From the NCBI GenBank assembly GCA_025058225.1, contig JANXEE010000002.1, forward strand, positions 1 to 16,821: a stretch of 16,821 nucleotides of DNA, written 5' to 3'. The notes below the pieces were generated by a model, which worked only from the letters and a program-made list of their open reading frames with translations, made no database searches and was not told the origin of the DNA. The DNA is from Candidatus Calditenuaceae archaeon (GTDB lineage Archaea > Thermoproteota > Nitrososphaeria_A > Caldarchaeales > Calditenuaceae). The translations under genes were made by a program, and so were the position numbers. Shown here piece after piece: positions 14,625-16,821 of this stretch. The first letter of the stretch is position 1, and each line of letters starts with the position of its first letter.

Positions 14625-15377
14625 TTGAAGAGGGCTGAGGTGGCTGTGGTGATACCGACGTACAACGAGGCCGGAAGCATCGAACGCGTGATCAGAAGCG
14701 TGATCGAGGCGGTTGAACGTAGAGGTGTGTCGTGCAGGATAGTGGTCGTCGATGACAACAGTCCCGACGGTACGTCGGAGGTGGTGAAAAGGCTGTCCGA
14801 GGAGATGGGTTGCATCGACCTCCTCGTGAGGCCCGGGAGGATGGGCATAGGGAGCGCGTACGTCCACGGTTTCAGGTACGCCCTCGAGCAGGTGGAGGGG
14901 CTCAGAGCTGTCGTTGAGATGGACGCCGACGGTAGCCACGACCCCTCTCAGCTCCCGCTGTTGATCGAACCCGTGCTCTCAGGAGAGGCTGACGTCGCGG
15001 TCGGCTCGAGGTACGTCGCTGGTGGTTCATGGGAGGGAAATCAGGCCTTCAGGGAGTTCATCAGCAGGGGCGCCAACCTGTTGACGCGGATCTGCACCGG
15101 CCTGCGGGTCAAGGACTCAACCAGCGGCTTCAGGACCGTCTCGTCGGACCTCCTGCGGACGTGCATCGCTACCCTCAGAGGGTCGAACAAGGGCTACGTC
15201 TTCCAAGTGGAGAGCCTGGCGACCTACGTTGGGTTCGGTGCGAGGGTCGTCGAGGTGCCCATTTCCTTCAGGCCTAGGGCTTCTGGGAAGAGCAAGCTGA
15301 GGGTCCGAGACGTCGTCGGCTTCGCGATCTGGAACCTCAAGTTCCTGCTCGGGAGGACGCTGAGGCGGTCGAGGTGA
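14625..15377 (+). CDS. GT2-family glycosyltransferase, dolichyl/polyprenyl-phosphate mannose (or glucose) synthase-like (Dpm1-like)
   Basis: VVIPTYNEAGSI, VVVDDNSPDGT, EMDADGSHDP (DxD-type) and GSRY motifs. The start is ambiguous: TTG 14625 abuts GGAGGT, and GTG 14640 is the alternative. Confidence 0.85.
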   Translation: MKRAEVAVVIPTYNEAGSIERVIRSVIEAVERRGVSCRIVVVDDNSPDGTSEVVKRLSEEMGCIDLLVRPGRMGIGSAYVHGFRYALEQVEGLRAVVEMDADGSHDPSQLPLLIEPVLSGEADVAVGSRYVAGGSWEGNQAFREFISRGANLLTRICTGLRVKDSTSGFRTVSSDLLRTCIATLRGSNKGYVFQVESLATYVGFGARVVEVPISFRPRASGKSKLRVRDVVGFAIWNLKFLLGRTLRRSR

Positions 15378-15381
15378 AAGC

Positions 15382-16098
15382 TCACATGACCCCCGGCTGC
15401 CCCCTCCTCCAGGCACTCCTCCTGAGGGCCCTTTCGGCCTTGAGCCTCGCTATCTCCTCGTCGAGCTCGCGGAGGTCCAGCTTCACTTGAACGATGTCGG
15501 AGAGAATCCGGAGAACTGCCCTCGCAGCGCCGGGCTGCCTGACTCTCGGGTCGTCTATCTCACCTAACAAGCACAATCCCTCCATCTGTCGCTCCATCGC
15601 GAGTCCGTGTATGAGGCCGTTGAACCCGGTGATGTAGCCCTCGTCTGAAAGAGGCACCGCGCCCGCCCTCTCGGCGACCTCGCAAAACCTATCGGACGTC
15701 GCGGCGTAGAAGACCCTGGGGTCCTCGAGCCGGGACTCACCTGTGTGCGCAGCACCTAGGGAGATCACGGTGTCCACACCAACCGACTGGGCCAGGTCCA
15801 GCACCCTCTCGCAGAGCTCGAAAAGGGCCGTGCTCTCCGGAGGCTGATAGCTTCCCGTGAAAACGACGAAGTCGTATCCGTCGCGCCCGAGCAACTTGTA
15901 CCAGCCCCTTTCGAAGGTTATAGTGCGACCGGTGTGCACCACGAAGGGTGGCCACTCGCCGGTGGCCGCTGCGAGTTCCTCAAGTCCGCAGCATTTGACG
16001 AGGTGTTCCATCGCTATGCCGGCGACGTTGCCCATGTCAGGGAGGGCAGCTATCAACCTCCTGGTCCTCGGGATGACACCCCTCACCCTGAACTCCAT
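15382..16098 (-). CDS. PAC2-family protein (archaeal proteasome-assembly-chaperone-like, COG1938-type)
   Basis: N-terminal LIAALPDMGNVAGIAMEHLV (family G-x-G-x-V-G-type loop), then FVVFTGSYQP and VDTVISLGAA segments typical of the PAC2/PbaA-PbaB fold. The C-terminus is coiled-coil-like and has no HbYX tail. ATG 16098. Confidence 0.7.
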   Translation of the reverse strand: MEFRVRGVIPRTRRLIAALPDMGNVAGIAMEHLVKCCGLEELAAATGEWPPFVVHTGRTITFERGWYKLLGRDGYDFVVFTGSYQPPESTALFELCERVLDLAQSVGVDTVISLGAAHTGESRLEDPRVFYAATSDRFCEVAERAGAVPLSDEGYITGFNGLIHGLAMERQMEGLCLLGEIDDPRVRQPGAARAVLRILSDIVQVKLDLRELDEEIARLKAERALRRSAWRRGQPGVM

Positions 16099-16170
16099 TC
16101 TGGAGCCAATATGGACGTCCGCTGTTGTTAAGGATCACTCTGACATTCAGGAGTTGGTACGGGAAACACG

Positions 16171-16178
16171 TTTTAGGA
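16171..16178 (+). promoter_or_regulatory. TATA-like box (TTTTAGGA) for the PPOX-family gene
   Basis: Centred about 26 nt upstream of ATG 16200, in the divergent gap shared with the PAC2 gene. Confidence 0.4.
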
Positions 16179-16199
16179 CACGAGGAGGGCCCTTTGTCG

Positions 16200-16598
16200 A
16201 TGGGCGTGGAGTTCAGGAGATCCGAGCTGAGCTTCCTGGAGAAGATGGAGCTCTGCAGACTGGCCACGGTCGACCGGGAGGGGCGACCTCACGTCGTTCC
16301 AATATGTTACGTCTTCAGAGATGGAGCCTTCTACATGGTAACCGACCTAGGGACGAAGAAGCACCGAAACCTGCAGCACAACCCCCGAGCAACCCTCGTT
16401 GTGGACGTCTACAAGCCAAACAGGGCCGTGATGGTGGAGGGCAGGGCAGAGCTGCTGACCGAGGGGGAGGAGTTCAGGAGGATCTCCGAGGCCTTCTACG
16501 AGCGTTTCGAGTGGGCCAGGCGGGACTTCTGGGACGAGGGCGAAGTCGTGATCATCAAGCTGGTTCCCGAGAAGAAGACGAGCTGGGGCCTTAAGTGA
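16200..16598 (+). CDS. Pyridoxamine 5'-phosphate oxidase (PPOX)-family split-barrel flavoprotein, possibly F420-dependent class
   Basis: LEKMELCRLATVDREGRPHVVPICYVFRDGAFYMVTD...KKHRNLQHNPRATLVVD is the PPOX/FMN-binding split-barrel signature. ATG 16200 sits about 26 nt after the TTTTAGGA box (leaderless geometry). The TTG 16125 extension is not conserved-looking. Confidence 0.8.
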   Translation: MGVEFRRSELSFLEKMELCRLATVDREGRPHVVPICYVFRDGAFYMVTDLGTKKHRNLQHNPRATLVVDVYKPNRAVMVEGRAELLTEGEEFRRISEAFYERFEWARRDFWDEGEVVIIKLVPEKKTSWGLK

Positions 16599-16642
16599 GG
16601 GGCGACCGAAGGGTCAGCCAATACCGTTACCGGTGCGAAACG

Positions 16643-16652
16643 TAGATTAGAA
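16643..16652 (+). promoter_or_regulatory. TATA-like box (TAGATTAGAA) for tRNA-Thr
   Basis: Centred about 34 nt upstream of tRNA position 1 (16682), consistent with a short 5' leader. Confidence 0.4.
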
Positions 16653-16681
16653 GTCCATACATCGGAAGCTCGGCGGTGGAG

Positions 16682-16753
16682 GCCCCGGTAGCTCAGCGGT
16701 AGAGCGCCGGCCTCGTAAGCCGGTGGTCGAGGGTTCGAATCCCTCCCGGGGCT
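16682..16753 (+). tRNA. tRNA-Thr (anticodon CGU), no intron, no encoded CCA
   Basis: Hand-folded cloverleaf: acceptor GCCCCGG/CCGGGGC, D arm GCTC-AGCGGTA-GAGC, anticodon arm CCGGC-CTCGTAA-GCCGG, variable TGGTC, T arm GAGGG-TTCGAAT-CCCTC, discriminator U. Confidence 0.9.
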
Positions 16754-16768
16754 ACGGTCGGGTAGCCC

Positions 16769-16773
16769 TTTTT
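16769..16773 (+). terminator. Oligo-T tract (TTTTT) downstream of tRNA-Thr
   Basis: The T5 run begins 16 nt after the tRNA 3' end and is preceded by the small GGG-TAG-CCC hairpin. Archaeal RNA polymerase terminates at oligo-T. Confidence 0.45.
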
Positions 16774-16821
16774 ACCACCGTTCCAAACGATGATGGGGTT
16801 GAATCGAGAGAAGTGCACGAC

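Noticed and set aside
16790-16821. Possible gene start ATGATGGGGTTG... at the right edge, which also resembles a degenerate C box (TGATGG).
   Set aside because: Only 32 nt are visible, so there is no way to support a CDS or an sRNA. No D box is in view.
1-16821. Looked for mobile elements, integrases, toxin-antitoxin pairs, restriction-modification or other defence genes, and long direct or inverted repeats marking an island.
   Set aside because: None is recognisable by eye. Gene content is core housekeeping, and composition looks uniform apart from short AT-rich promoter gaps. A computational repeat and k-mer scan would be needed to exclude subtle repeats.

Overview
The window looks like a compact, visibly GC-rich (about 60% by eye, not computed) archaeal chromosomal segment, probably from a hyperthermophile. 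This rests on AGG/AGA-rich Arg codons, acidic proteins, TATA boxes about 26-30 nt upstream of start codons, and an intron-bearing tRNA. I can support 21 protein genes and 2 tRNAs, nearly all housekeeping. In order:
- 3' end of a MiaB/MtaB-type methylthiotransferase, and an orphan HExxH protein.
- A tightly coupled prefoldin-beta / DHH phosphoesterase / EcfA1 / EcfA2 / EcfT operon.
- A split ACT-domain protein plus homoserine dehydrogenase, then GlyRS.
- A membrane protein ending in a RING/PHD-like zinc finger, and an Lrp/AsnC regulator.
- The archaeal HMG-CoA synthase / thiolase / DUF35 trio, a SAM methyltransferase, and tRNA-Arg(CCG).
- An F420-type luciferase-like oxidoreductase, aSUI1, a Dpm1-like GT2 glycosyltransferase, a PAC2-family protein, a PPOX-family protein, and tRNA-Thr(CGU).

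I saw no CRISPR array, transposase/integrase, defence-type genes or C/D-box signatures. I do not see a convincing multi-gene novel system.

The items most worth a second look are:
1. The polytopic membrane protein with a C-terminal C4HC3 cross-brace (RING/PHD-like) finger (7968-8804).
2. The tRNA-Arg with an 18-nt intron at the non-canonical 29/30 position and a near-perfect hBHBh' motif.
3. The unusual prefoldin-DHH-ECF translational coupling.
4. The Lrp gene divergent from the mevalonate-entry operon, with an inverted repeat bracketing its TATA box.

The many long antisense ORFs in the track are GC-driven shadows.
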